DNA of 64,000 nucleotides, taken from NCBI GenBank assembly GCA_965240325.2, contig OZ251222.1, positions 3,472,001-3,536,000 of the forward strand, read 5' to 3'. The notes under the pieces are model-generated. The model was not told the origin of the DNA. It saw only the letters and a list, made by a program, of their open reading frames with translations, and searched no databases. Of the stretch, positions 9,901 through 22,188 are shown one piece after another; within the stretch, counting starts at the first letter, position 1; the number at the start of each line of letters is the position of its first letter. Source of the stretch: Rebecca billardiae RCC1528. Taxonomy: Eukaryota; Protista; Haptophyta. The translations under genes and the position numbers were made by a program.

Positions 9901-12900
9901 ATGGCGAAGATCTTCACGCCTGTGCAGTGCAAGGGGCTGGTGGGCCGGGTAATCCACAGCGCGTGGGGCCGGCACCCGTCCTTCACCGCGCTCGCCGTCG
10001 CCCTCGAAGGCGGCCTCGTCACATTCTACCAGGATGAAGTGCGTCGCCGCGCGGCTGCGGCGCTGTGCCTGCCGCAGCCAGCATCCACTCACGCGCACGC
10101 GCCCGCTTCCTGGCCCCGCGCCGAGCTGCGCAGGGTGACCTGCTCGACCAGCGCACCGTGCGACGCGGGCTGGGCGCGGAGGTGCTTGCCATCGCCTGGT
10201 GCCCGACCAAGCCGATCCTCGCCATCGGCTGGTCGGATGGGACGCTCAGCATCTGGAGTGAGTCCACGAGCACCGGACTGACACACGACGACACCGACGT
10301 GCACGGCGGCCATGGCGTGTGCGTGCTGCAGTGGAGCCCTGACGGCTCACGACTCGTGAGTGGTGACGAGGTGCTGCTGCCCGCCCGGCTCCCACGCGCG
10401 CGCGCGCGCCCGAGCGCGTGTGGGAGTCGGCGGTTCACGTGCTGACCTGCGTCACCGTTACGCACGCGCCTGCGACCGCGCACTTCCGCGCGCAGAGCGG
10501 GCGTGTGGGCGTGTGGAAGATCGACTCGATGGGCCGTCTCTCCACCGTGTGCCGGCACTCGCGCAAGGGCGCGATCACCCACTGCGTGTACAAGCCCGCC
10601 CCGAAGGCCAAGTCCGCGGCCGCGTCGATCGCGTCCGGCTTCTCGGTTGCCGAGCAGCCGCCCTTCTTCTTCGCCTTCGACGCGGGCTCGGTGTGCATCG
10701 CGGACGACATGGGCCACTGCAACGACGCGGTGTCGCTCGGGATGCCGCTCGCGGACATGCTCTACTTCGCCGCGAAGGAGCACCTCGTCGTGCTCACGCG
10801 CGGGCTGGTGATGGCGCAGTTCCGCTCGGAGGCGGGCGGCAAGATGGTGCAGGTGATGAAGGTCAAGCTGAGCGTCGCGGGCGGCGCCGACGCGGGCATC
10901 ACGAGCTGCGCGTGGCTGTGCGACGGGCACCTCGCGACGGTCTCCTCCGAGCACATCGTGCGCGTGTGGGACCTCGCCAACGAGGACAACTACGTGCTCT
11001 CGCTCTCGGACGACGAGGGCGTGCTGAACGGCGAGCGCGCCGTCTCGGCGGCGTACCACCCGACCAAGCGCATGCTTGCGGTCGGCACGAGCGGCGGCAA
11101 GATCGCGCTCTGGGCTCTGCGCGCGCCGCAGACGGCGGGCGTGACGATCGACGACGCGTCGTGGCACCCGATGCACCCGCTCGTGGCGCAGGACAGCCCC
11201 GTGCACTCCGTCGGCTGGGCGCCGAGCGGCCTGCTCGCGGCGTCGGCGATCGACGCGGTGGCGGTGTGCGCCGAGTCGTCGCTGGTCCGGCTGCTCCGCG
11301 GCGAGTGGGCGCTCGTGCAGCTCACGGCGTACTCGTTCGCGCTGGAGCACACGGGGCGCGGGCTGCAGCTCGAGCTGAGCACGGCGATGCGCACGCGCGG
11401 CGCGGACATGCACAGCCAGCGCGTCCTGCTGTGGAACGGCACGCGCGCGGAGGTGCACGAGGTGAAGGCGGGACACAGCGCCGCGCACCCGGGCACGGTC
11501 GAGCTCGTCTCGTCCTTCCACGCGCCGTCGCTCACGCTCGCGCTGCACGGCGAGTCGGTGTACATGGTGTCCGAGGGGCGGCTGAACGTGGCCAACCTGA
11601 AGGGCGTCGTGCGCACCGTGCTCCCGTTCCTCGACGCCGAGGGCCCGCCGGTGCTCGTGGACATCTGCCGCTCGATGCTGTGCGCGTGCACGGCCAAGGG
11701 CGTGCTGCGAGTGTGGGACATCTCGCGCAAGGAGCCGCGCCAGCTCGCGGCGGGGCGGACGTTCGACGCGAAGGGCGCGGGCGCGATCACGTCGGTGCGC
11801 ATCAACCCGTTCGGCACCGCGGTCTCCATCCTCACGCAGCCCCCCCCCGCCGCCGCCGCCGCGAGCCGCACGCGCAGCGGCGCGGCGGCCGCGCCGGGCG
11901 GCGGCGCGGCCGTCTCGGCCGCGAGCGCGAGCGGCGAGCGCTCGGCCATGGTGCACGTGTACCAGCTCGAGTCGGACATGTTCCACGAGTACGACATGAG
12001 CTCGCACGGCGCCGTCCCCGTCGAGCACGCGTGGGACGAGACCGACCCCAAGCTCCTCGGCATCCTCACCGAGCCGGCCATCGACGCGCCCGCCGCAGAG
12101 GGCGCGCCGGGCGCGCGCGCGGGCGAGGCGCCGACCGCGCGCAAGGCGGCGAGCCCCGAGCTGACGACGCTCTTCGCGACGGCGGACCACGGGATCAAGA
12201 TGCAGGACACGTTCGGCCTGCCGCGCGCCGTCGAGTCCCTCCTCGGGCTCAACTGCCCGCGCCTCTACTTCGCCGGGCTGCCGCCGGCGCACGCGGGCGA
12301 CGGCAACGCGGACGGCGGCGGCGCGGGCGGCGGCGACGAGGACGGCGACGCCGAGGCGGCGCGCGCGATGGCGGACGACATCCCGTTCGAGCGGCTCGGC
12401 GCGACGTGCCGCGTGTCGACGCGGCTGATGCGCGACTTCGCCGGCATCAACCTCGAGCGCGGCGCCGAGGTCGAGCCCGCCACGCGCGAGGCGCTGCTCG
12501 GCTTCTCGTTCAACCTCGCGATCGGCAACATGGACGAGGCGTACAAGGCGGTGCGCACGATCAAGTCGAGCTCGGTCTGGGAGAACATGGCGCGGATGTG
12601 CGTGAAGACGCGGCGCGTGGACGTGGCGGAGGTGTGCCTGGGCAACATGGGCCACGCGCGCGGCGCGGCCGCGCTCAAGGACGCCGCCGCCGAGCCGCAG
12701 CCCGAGGCGCGCATCGCGATGCTCGCCATCCAGCTCGGCATGCTGGACGACGCGGCGCGGCTGTACAGCGCGTGCGGCCGCTTCGACCTGCTCAACAAGA
12801 TGTACCAGGCGGCGAGCCGGTGGGACGAGGCGCTGCAGCTGGCGAAGGAGTCGGACCGCATCCACCTCTCCTCGACGTACTACGAGTACGCCAAGCACCT

Positions 12901-14993
12901 CGAGGCGTCGGGCCAGCTCGAGCGCGCCATCAGCGCGTACGAGCAGGCGGGCACGCACCGCACCGACGTGCCGCGGCTGCTGTTCGCGGCGGGCCGCAAG
13001 GAGGAGCTGCGCGCGTACATCGACCGCAAGGACGACCAGGAGCTGTTCAAGTGGTGGGCCAAGTACGCCGAGTCGGTCGGCGACTACGAGGGCGCCCTGC
13101 GCTACTACGACCGCGCGGGCGACCAGCTCGCGCGCGTGCGCGTCCTGTGCTTCCAGGACCGACTGGACGACGCGGCCGAGCTCGCCAACGGCTCGCCCGA
13201 CCTCGCCGCGTCCTACCACCTCGCGCGGCAGTACGAGGCGCGCGGGATGGTGCGCGAGGCGATCCACTTCTTCTCGCGCGCCGAGCGCTTCAACCAGGCC
13301 ACCCGCCTCGCGCGCGAGCACGGGCTCACCACCGAGCTGCAGTCGCTCTCGCTGCAGGCGCCCGCACAGATGCAGGAGGAGGCGGCCGGCTTCTTCGAGC
13401 AGCGCGGCCAGCTCGACAAGGCGGTGCAGGTGCGCGCGCGCGGGGCGCGAGGGGCGCTGAGCGCCGCGCCGCCGCGCGCCGCCCCCCCCCCCCCCCCCCC
13501 CCCCCCCCGTACTCCCGCCCGCCGCGCCCACCACGCCACGCCCACCATCACACCACGCCCACCGCGCCCACCGCGCCCACCACGCCACGCGCGCCCGCGC
13601 CGCTCCCTTCCCGCTCCTGCGCGCTGCGCGCTGCGCGCTGCGCGCTGCGCGCAGCTGTACACCAAGGCGGGGCACGTGCAGCGCGCGATCGACCTCTGCT
13701 TCCGCCACCAGCTCTTTGACCAGCTGCGCGACATCGCGGACACGCTGGACGAGGACGCGGACCCCGCCGTGCTCTCGCGCTGCTCCGAGTTCTTCCTCGA
13801 CCACGGGCAGTACGACAAGGCGGTCTCGCTGCTCGTGAAGGGCGCGCAGCACGGCAAGGCGCTCGACCTGTGCGTGCTGCACAACATCGCGATCACCGAG
13901 CACATGGCAGAGTCGATGGCGCCGACGAGCAAGCTGGACGACCCGGTGGCGGAGCAGCGGCGGATCGAGACGCTGCTCAAGATCGCAAAGTGCTGCAAGC
14001 GCCAGGGCTCGTACCACCTCGCGACCAAGAAGTACACGCAGGCGGGCGACAAGGTGAAGGCGATGAAGTGCCTGCTCAAGTCGGGCGACACGGAGAAGAT
14101 TGTCTTCTTTGCGGGCGTCTCGCGCTCCAAGGAGATCTACATCCTCGCGGCGAACTACCTGCAGAACCTCGACTGGCACTCGGACGCGGAGGTGCTCAAG
14201 AACATCGTGAGCTTCTACACCAAGGCGAAGGCGCTCGAGCAGCTCAGCTCGTTCTACGAGGCGTGCGCGGCCGTCGAGATCGACGAGTACCGCGACTACG
14301 ACAAGGCGCTCGACGCGATGCGCGAGGCGGCCAAGGCGATGGACAAGGCGCGCGTGCCCGAGCGGGAGGAGAAGGTCGAGATGATCAACGCGCGCATCGC
14401 GCTGATGGAGCGCTTCGTCGGCGCGCGCAGGATCGTCAAGACCGATCCGCAGGTGCGCCGACCCCCCCCCCCGCCCCGCGGCGCGGGAGACCGCACGCGG
14501 CACCTCATCACACCCGCGCCGCCGCGTGCGCGCAGGCGATGGTCGACACGTGCAACGCGCTGCTCAACGAGCCAAACGTCTCCGCGGCCGTGCGCATCGG
14601 CGACATCTTTGCGCTCATGGTCGAGTGGTTCGCCTCGCAGAACAACAACGAGCAGGTGCGCTGCGAGCCCGGGCGACGCGCGCGAGTAACGCTGCGCCAC
14701 CGTCCGCCCCGCCTGCGCGCGCGCGAGCCGGGCACACGCGGGACGCGCCGCGCCGGCATCGACTGAGGCGCACCACGCTCGACGCCCGGCCTGATGCGCA
14801 GGCGTACGAGCTGATCGAGAAGATGCGAGCGCGCAATATTGCCCTCGCCCCGTATCTGGACGCTCCGTTGATCGAGAGCGTGTACCGCTCCGTGGGCGCA
14901 CAGCCGGCGTACGACCCAGAAGTCGAGGCTCGGCCAGAGGAGGAGGAGATCGACGAGGATGTGGACATCGACGAGGATGTTGACGACGACTGA
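9901..14993 (+). CDS. IFT140: Intraflagellar transport protein 140; exons 9901-10038, 10134-10370, 10496-13429, 13655-14452, 14536-14655, 14802-14993 (~1,472 aa)
   Basis: N-terminal WD40 repeats and C-terminal TPRs with IFT140 motifs VWENMARMCVKTRRVDVAEVCLGNM, QGSYHLATKKYTQAGDKVKAMKCLLKSGDTEKI and YILAANYLQNLDW. All five introns are GT-AG and keep frame. Confidence 0.96.
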
Positions 14994-15202
14994 CGAGTGA
15001 CTACGAATCTGCTGATGATGTAGTGCCGGGCTGTGGCTGCTGAGCCTGATGTCTGATGCGCCAATAAGTGCCCGGGCCGTCAGAGTCGGCTGAGGCGTGA
15101 CTACGCGCGCGTGTCACTGACACTGTCGGCGCCAGAGTCTGCCAGACGACTGATGACGATGACTGACAGTCTGCTGCACGGAGTCCTGCGGCTGATTCAC
15201 TA

Positions 15203-15207
15203 TCATG

Positions 15208-15239
<32 letters not shown>

Positions 15240-16429
15240 GGCACGACTGCTGATCGGATGCTGCCGCTTCGTCCATGAGCAAGTCGTGGTCGTGGACCAC
15301 GCCGCCTCGCCTTGGAAACCGCCGCCGCCATCGGCTCGCATATCCTCGCTGTCGCCGAGGCGTCGCTGTGCTCCGGCGGCTGGGCGAGCTCTCCAGATGC
15401 GCGACCGTTTGTCGTGGCGTTGGAGAAGAAGCTCAACGGCCGCCGTGCGCGCGGGAGCGATTGGTTGAGTGCGATGAAGCGTGAGAGCGCCTGCTCGTCA
15501 CAGCGACTCGCCATGCCACAACCTCTGCAGATGGGCACGACGGCCGTCGACGCGTTGCGTGCCGCCTCGCGCGCCTCCAAGCTCATTCTGAAGAGCGCGA
15601 AGTCCGAGTTGGCTGCGCCTGCCGTCGCTGCCGACATGAAGTGGACTGCCAGCTTCGTTCCAAGCTGCTCGCGCAGTGGCTTGAGGAGGTAGTGCGCCGG
15701 ACCGTATGGAAGCGCTTGCTCGCGCGTGGCCTCGAGAGCGCGGGAGACGTGCTGCGACATCCAGTACGGGAAGACGAACGCGTTGTCATTCACCTTCAGC
15801 TGCGACTTCCAGAACTCGGAGCTGTCGCGGTGCGCCACGTTGAAGGCGAACCAGCGCAGGTTCCAGCGCGGCAGCGGGAACGGGAATTGCACGTCGAACC
15901 TGAGCAGAAGTACGTGGTGCCCCGGGCGAGCCCGTTCCGGCGGGCCACCGGATTGGATCAGGAGTGCGAGCGCCGCGACGTACGAGTCTAAGATCATCGG
16001 GAGCGTTTTGTCGACAAACGCGTACGCGTGCGGCCGCAGGGCAGCGATGAGCGCAGCGTCAGCGAGTGGGCAGGCTTTGCGACGCACGGTGACGACAAAT
16101 GTGCGCACGGGCACGCCTGCCGCGCGCAAGGGAGAGAAGATCATCTCATGGTGATTGCGCGCGCTGAGGAAGAAGTCGCTGCATATCGCGGGCCTGCCAA
16201 TGTGCTGTCCATGGTGGATCAGCCAGTGCACCGACCTGGTATGTCGAGCGTACTCGCCCCTATACACCACATCCAGCGAGCATGGGTAGTCGGCCGGCGT
16301 GTTGTGAGGCCATGGCTGGCGCACGGACGAGAAGTTGACCGCCGACGGAAACGCCTGGTCCGGCCGCTGAGCGCACTGCAGCACCCCCAGCGCTGCAGAG
16401 CCAAGCGCCAGGAAGATGGCAGCCGCCAT
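15203..16429 (-). CDS. Secreted or Golgi hypothetical protein with a putative glycosyltransferase-like domain (~408 aa)
   Basis: Signal peptide MAAAIFLALGSAALG. Motifs VVYRGEYAR, VLLLRFD and VNDNAFVFP are shared with the divergent neighbour. Confidence 0.65.
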
Positions 16430-16673
16430 CTTTGTCGACCCCACTGGTCTGGACTCTTGATCACCGACGCAACAACTTCCGCCCAATGTTGGCGGAGGGC
16501 GCGAGATCCTCGCGGGAGATTGCTGCTACTAATACCACCATTCATGTCTCAACATTCGCTGTATTGTAGCGTTTCGGCCGTCATGATTCTCGTTCGAGAA
16601 TCGCCGCCCGTGCTGACGACCGAGGGTGTCACCCATCATCGTGACAGGAGTGTCCGGCGGTCGCGACGCCGCG

Positions 16674-19433
16674 ATGGACGGCGCAGCCGGCTACGCTCGC
16701 TCCGGGGCTCGCGCCCTGGCGCTCATCCTCGCTACGATGCGATCAGACGCGGCGCGACTGGAGCACACATTCGCGCACGAAATCGCGCCGAACGCTTCGG
16801 CGACCTACCATGGGGGCGGCGCAGCCGTGCGCGAGCGGACGCGTGAGATCAGTGGGCGCCGACTCGGCGAGATCAGCGTCGCACCGCGGCCCGACGCAGA
16901 TAGGCTCACGACTACACGCGTGCAGGCTCTCATATTCGGCGAAAGCGCACGCGATGCCCGCCCGGAGCAGCGTTGCTCATCGGGAGCCATCGTGCGCCAG
17001 CAGCAAGCATCTGAGACGCATGTGGCACACGTGCTTCGGCCACTGGGGGCGCTCGTGAAGGAGTTGCGAGCAGTAATCGCGACAAACGACTGCCCGCTCC
17101 CCGTGCGAGCGGACGCCGAGCCCGCCACGTGGGAAGCGTGGCTGCGCGAGAGGTACGCGCCGTGGGCGCAGCACGTGGAGATTGTGCAGCTCAGCTCGGG
17201 GCAGCCGGCGAGCACGGGCTCCTTCCTGCTGCGTGCGATGCGCGCGGCCGGTGCCGCGCGAGCAGGAGTCGCTCCTCTCGACGCGCTTGTCCCCTATGAT
17301 GGCTCGTATCCCCGCCTCTTCCCTCCGCTCTCGCGACGGAGCGGTGCGCAGCTCACCGAAGGGCAGCGCCTGACGCTGCCTCAGTGTGACATCGTGCTGC
17401 TCATGCGCATCGATGCCTCGCTCACGGCGGCCGATGTACCCTACGCAGGCGCGCTCGCGAGTGGGCGACTGGTCGCCAGTAGCCCGTGTGGCCCTGGGGC
17501 GTCGAGCGCGTGGCACTGCGTGCGCGACGAGGTCATCGCCGTGCCTCTGCCGATCCTGGCCAAGCTGGACATGCACTGTCTCGGCACGGTAGGCTGCTTC
17601 CTCGGCTATGGCGGCAATCGTCAGTTTGAGGGCGGGCCGATTGCAGTGGACGACCCTGTGGCGAGTGCCTTCACTGCGCCAGCCTCGGCGTCCGGGGGGC
17701 CACACGGCGGCGCCGCGCTCGCGCACTGCGCTGAGCTCCTCGGCGAGCGCGCGCACGTGCTCCATGATTCAGCAGCCACTCGTGCGCGTTCGGGGCTGCC
17801 AGCCGAGAGACAGCCGATGCCCGCGGCGGCCTCCTTGGCCACGACAGCGTCCGTGGCCACCGCGTCGGCAGCAGGGGCCGCGTCATCGGCCGCAGCCGCC
17901 TCCCCCTCGGCGCAGGCCACCTCATCGCCGGCGGCCGCGGGCGCGGGAGTACTGCTGCACGCCGCTGGCCCAGCCTCCGTGGCCACCGTGTCGGCGACGG
18001 GGCGTGTGCCATCTACCGCGGCCAGCTCCACCTCGGGGGAGGCCATCCCGTCGCTGGCGTCTACGGGCTCGGCTGCGGGGCCGCGCGTCGCTGGCCTCGC
18101 AGCCGGGCCACCCACCGCAGACCGTGCCGCGGGCACGGCTCGTGGCTGCAGAGCGGGCGAGAAAGTGGCCGGCCTGCCATGTGTGTGCGCGCCCGCGATC
18201 GCCGATGTCCGGGGCCCCGCCTCTGCATCCCGCGCCGGCGAGGGCCAGAGCGGTGCGCAGCCCGAGGTGCACTGGCCAAGCCCGCCGCCCGGGCACACGC
18301 CCGGCCTGATCACGCACGACCCGCGCGCCGATGGGATCTGCTCCAACTTCTTCCGCGCCGAGCCCGGCGCCAACACAACGCTTGTCCGCCCGGCGCACTC
18401 GCGCGACTTCGCTGTGGTCGAGGACGTGCTGAGCCGCGGGCAGCAGGTGCGGCGCAAAGGCTTGCTCTTCGACCCGTACGGCCGGTTGGTCCGACTGCGC
18501 ACGCCCCCGGGCACGCGCTGGCCCAAGAGGGCGGTTTGGCTCGAGGTCCCCAAGGCGGGCAGCACCATGCTCAAGCGGCTGCTCGGGCTCTACCCGCCGT
18601 ACGCCGAGGTGATGCGGAAGCACGCGCACCTGAGGATCGCGCGGCTCGTCAGATACGGGCACGAGATGGGGGCGTTCGCGATCGTGCGTGAGCCGCTCGA
18701 GCGCGCGCTCTCCGCGATGGGCACCGTGCGGCACTGGACCCTGTACGCGTGTGCCAACGACACGTGGACGCGCTCGAATGGCCGTTTGCTCAGAGAGATC
18801 GCGTGCCCGCGCTGGATCTACGAGCAGGACCGGGCTAAGGCGTTGCGCGAGTACGTCGATTACGTCACCTCGGGGAAGCTCGTGCGGGCCACCGCCTGCC
18901 TGAGGGGCTTCCACCCGATGGTTCTGCGCCGACTCGCGCACGGCTTCTCGCAGATGTTCTTCCTGCAGCTGTACGGCGGGACTGTCGAGCGCGTCGGCCG
19001 GCTCCCCTCGATCGCCGCGGACATCAGGGAGATTGGCGTCCAATACGGCCGCGTGTTGGGGTTGAACGACGAGCCGCTTGAGAAGCTCCTCGCGCAGGCA
19101 GAGCGCGTGAACGTGGACCAAGGAGGCCTCGGGCGGAGCTCGCTGCTCAAGGGCGCGGACAGGGCGACGCTGATGCGGTTGGCGTGGTACTACCGTCAGG
19201 ACTACGCCTGTCTGGGCTACCCATTCCCTCCCCCTCTCCTCGCACAGGGCTGGCCGAGCACTGGTGACGTCGGGCCATCGGCCGACGTTGGGGCCACCAT
19301 CACCACGGCCACTGTGCCTGGAGCCGGTGATGCTGGCTCGTCGAGGTCAGATCCTCCCTCTACTTCATTTGGTGGCGCCATCACGCCAGCTGCTCCCGGC
19401 ACGGCTGACGAGGCGCCTTGGTGGACCACATAG
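16674..19433 (+). CDS. Fusion of an N-terminal transferase-like domain, an Ala/Ser linker and a C-terminal Sulfotransfer_2-type sulfotransferase (~919 aa)
   Basis: 5'-PSB motif WLEVPKAGSTML, 3'-PB motif IVREPLERALSA and the C-terminal YYRQDYACLGY typical of Golgi carbohydrate sulfotransferases. First ATG is at 16674. Confidence 0.8.
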   Translation: MDGAAGYARSGARALALILATMRSDAARLEHTFAHEIAPNASATYHGGGAAVRERTREISGRRLGEISVAPRPDADRLTTTRVQALIFGESARDARPEQRCSSGAIVRQQQASETHVAHVLRPLGALVKELRAVIATNDCPLPVRADAEPATWEAWLRERYAPWAQHVEIVQLSSGQPASTGSFLLRAMRAAGAARAGVAPLDALVPYDGSYPRLFPPLSRRSGAQLTEGQRLTLPQCDIVLLMRIDASLTAADVPYAGALASGRLVASSPCGPGASSAWHCVRDEVIAVPLPILAKLDMHCLGTVGCFLGYGGNRQFEGGPIAVDDPVASAFTAPASASGGPHGGAALAHCAELLGERAHVLHDSAATRARSGLPAERQPMPAAASLATTASVATASAAGAASSAAAASPSAQATSSPAAAGAGVLLHAAGPASVATVSATGRVPSTAASSTSGEAIPSLASTGSAAGPRVAGLAAGPPTADRAAGTARGCRAGEKVAGLPCVCAPAIADVRGPASASRAGEGQSGAQPEVHWPSPPPGHTPGLITHDPRADGICSNFFRAEPGANTTLVRPAHSRDFAVVEDVLSRGQQVRRKGLLFDPYGRLVRLRTPPGTRWPKRAVWLEVPKAGSTMLKRLLGLYPPYAEVMRKHAHLRIARLVRYGHEMGAFAIVREPLERALSAMGTVRHWTLYACANDTWTRSNGRLLREIACPRWIYEQDRAKALREYVDYVTSGKLVRATACLRGFHPMVLRRLAHGFSQMFFLQLYGGTVERVGRLPSIAADIREIGVQYGRVLGLNDEPLEKLLAQAERVNVDQGGLGRSSLLKGADRATLMRLAWYYRQDYACLGYPFPPPLLAQGWPSTGDVGPSADVGATITTATVPGAGDAGSSRSDPPSTSFGGAITPAAPGTADEAPWWTT

Positions 19434-20550
19434 TCGGTATGCTGTCGGCTATGTATCAGTGATGGCGGCGCGTGGTTGTTCACCGATCAGTGTTCCGAAG
19501 GCGAAGGCCAGTGATCCGTCCCGCGGAATAATAATCGATGATCGACCGCGCGAATAATAATCGCGGTAGTCGTCGTCTGGTCCGACGCGCTCTGAGACAG
19601 ACTGTGAGTCATCCCGAAGCCACATCAGATCAGCCTCATCAGGTCTTTGCCGGGCTTGATGAGCCTTGATCGGCGGAGCATGATGCCCGACGAGTCGTAT
19701 GCCATTGGCTGAGTATGCCGCCGCTGACCGACTAGTGACAGACGCAGGATCAGTACTCACGAGAGTCCGATCGGGAGATTCAGGTGATACGACTGACGAG
19801 TACTGCTGCCAGTAAGGCTGTAACTCTATATAGCAGCAGGTATATAACCCGTGAGAGACCGGTAGCTTAGTCGTTAGTCATCGTCAGCGCATTGACAGCA
19901 TCCCCGGGCCCCGCTCCCCGCCAGGCGTCAGGGGGGCAGGGCCGCGGGTTGCGGCACTGCCTGACCTGGCGGTCGGAAGGCTCGGATGCATTCTAATTCT
20001 ATGTCGGTCTGCTGCACTCTGAAGTCCGTGAGCCTGACGCTTGCCCGTTGCATACCAGTTAGCTACCACGTCGTTAATTAAGTAATATAATTGATCAAGT
20101 ATTGTTTATTAACTAATTAAATATTAAATAACATATAAACAAATAAATACCGTACCGCTGCCGAATCCGGCCGATGACACTGCTGGAAGTTTTTGGTACA
20201 CTACAGTTTATTTGTTTAACGTGCGTAAGGCTCACGGTGGCAGGTTGCCGCGCCATCCTTCATCGCATTATTCGCACGCTCTCCGAAGCCGGAGAGACCT
20301 GGTCATGCCGGAAACAGTACTCATAAACGCGCGACTAGTCATCTGACTACGACAATAATATCTTATTAATCTGCTAATAAACAATTAATAAAAGCCGCTA
20401 AATCTAAGATGATCGACGATAGTACAGCAATAATCGATTATGTCATATGACGGCTCATATGTGATTATCGGAGCGGGATCGACGCGAATAATATAACCTC
20501 TCCCACGGATGTAAGACATGACTGATACTTATCTGATGATGGACTCGTCA

Positions 20551-22188
20551 TCATCGGGCACCCGCACCCAGCGCAGCCGAAGCGGAAGCAGCGATAGCAC
20601 CATGACGATCAGAGGCAAGCACGCCCAGCCCATTGTCAGCTCCGAGCGCAACAAGCGATGCGATGAGGGAAGGCGGTTCGCCCGTGCTGACAACTCCGGG
20701 TGCGCTCAGCAGAGAGCTGCTCGTACCACGCGCAGGCGCGGGCTGCGCGTAGAAAATCGTGGCCAGGATCCACGCAAGCAGGCAGCACGCCGTTCGCGTG
20801 ACTGTGGCAGCGCAGGGGCACACAGGGTGGAAGGGGCACGTGAGTGCTTCGGCGCAGAGCATGGCAGCGGCAGGATGATCGCATCGCGCGACGTACTTGC
20901 GAGCGCGCGCCACATGGGGTAGCTTGGCTCGAATAGCTCTCGGTACACAGCGTCGCTCGCGCTCTCGGACAGCGCCAGCACGTTGGACGCGTTCACGTTC
21001 GACCAGCGCCACACCGTGTCCACCTGCGCGCAGCGCGAGAGGTGGCGGAGCGCGGCGGCCAGTGGGTGAAGCGCGCGCGTTGGGCAGCATGCGCAGGGGA
21101 GAGCGGCGAGTCGCGTGGCGAGGCAGCCGCACGTTGACCAGCGTGACCACCAGCGAGGTCGCGTACAGCAGCGCTACGACGGCCGCGACCGCCTTCTGGT
21201 AGCTCGCGTCGCGCATGAGCGCGAGCGTGTCCCACTGCCCGCGCTCCTTCTCCAGGGCAGCCAGGCGCTCACTGGCGGCGCTGTGCGAGATCAGCGCCGA
21301 GATCGTGGCGAGAGTGCTGAGCAGCTGAAACGTGTGCTGCACGCCGAGCGCGGCCGGCAGGTACGCGACCAGCAGGAAGGGCCACTGCGCGCACTGCTCG
21401 ACCACGAGCGCGTGCAGCAGCGCCATGCCCGCGAGGATGCCCTCGGCGACACGCAGCGTGGCGATCAGCACGAGCCTCGAGTGAGCAGCGACGACGAGGA
21501 GCTGCGCCGTGCCAGACTCCTCGCCAGTGGCAGACATCCGCGTGAAGCCCAGCGTGTCGAGCAGTGTGCGCTTGCCCGCGGGCCTTGTGCCATCAGCCGC
21601 ACCCTGCCGGTCAGCAACGCGGTAGAATTCCCCGGTGCCAGGATCCTCCGCCCACGTGGCGATGGTCGCACCACCCGCGGCGGCACCGCCGCCCGCGCCG
21701 GGACCCGCATCGCGCGTGGGTGCGATCTCGCCTTCAGTGACGGATCCGCGTTGCGACATGAGCTCGTCGTCGTTGGGCACCATCTCGAGCAGCGCCTGCT
21801 CATCGGCCAAGCGCCTCCGAGGGGAGATGCGGTCGATGGCTGCGCGGACCACTTCTCCCGCGGCCTCTGCTGCTGTCTCGCCGCGCTGGCGACGGCCACT
21901 ACGGCGGCGATCCGCCGATGAGGGCGTGAGCCCGGGCTCAGATCCCGGCCGTTCCCCACGGCGCGGCGGGGAGCCGTCGTCGGTGCGATCGCCCGTCGCC
22001 ACAGCTTCAGCGCGGCGTCGCTCCTGACGCAAGGCCCGGCGCGAGCGTTGAGAGTCCTGGGAGAGGCCGGCAGCGCCAAGTGGCTCGGTCTCGTCCACGC
22101 CCGCCGCAGCTCCACCCGGGGATGCGCCCATCTCGAGCCGTCGCCGCCGGCGCGACGCCGGCCCGCCGCTTGATTCGACCTCCACCAT
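20551..22188 (-). CDS. TMEM237: TMEM237-like ciliary transition-zone 4-TM protein; exons 22188-21133, 21023-20897, 20801-20551 (~477 aa)
   Basis: Long disordered N-terminus, then GILAGMALLHALVV, QHTFQLLSTLATISA, LLYATSLVVTL and CCLLAWILA, matching my recollection of the four TMEM237 helices. Both GT-AG introns keep frame. Confidence 0.72.
   Translation of the reverse strand: MVEVESSGGPASRRRRRLEMGASPGGAAAGVDETEPLGAAGLSQDSQRSRRALRQERRRAEAVATGDRTDDGSPPRRGERPGSEPGLTPSSADRRRSGRRQRGETAAEAAGEVVRAAIDRISPRRRLADEQALLEMVPNDDELMSQRGSVTEGEIAPTRDAGPGAGGGAAAGGATIATWAEDPGTGEFYRVADRQGAADGTRPAGKRTLLDTLGFTRMSATGEESGTAQLLVVAAHSRLVLIATLRVAEGILAGMALLHALVVEQCAQWPFLLVAYLPAALGVQHTFQLLSTLATISALISHSAASERLAALEKERGQWDTLALMRDASYQKAVAAVVALLYATSLVVTLVNVRLPRHATRRSPLRMLPNARASPTGRRAPPPLALRAGGHGVALVERERVQRAGAVRERERRCVPRAIRAKLPHVARARKYVARCDHPAAAMLCAEALTCPFHPVCPCAATVTRTACCLLAWILATIFYAQPAPARGTSSSLLSAPGVVSTGEPPSLIASLVALGADNGLGVLASDRHGAIAASASAALGAGAR

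Noticed and set aside
10019-14503. 1,494-aa antisense ORF and 1,119-aa alternative-frame ORF over IFT140
   Set aside because: Codon-bias shadows with no domains.
15114-15468. Poly-His, poly-Met and poly-Ile ORFs
   Set aside because: Alternative readings of a (TGA)n tract at 15204-15240.
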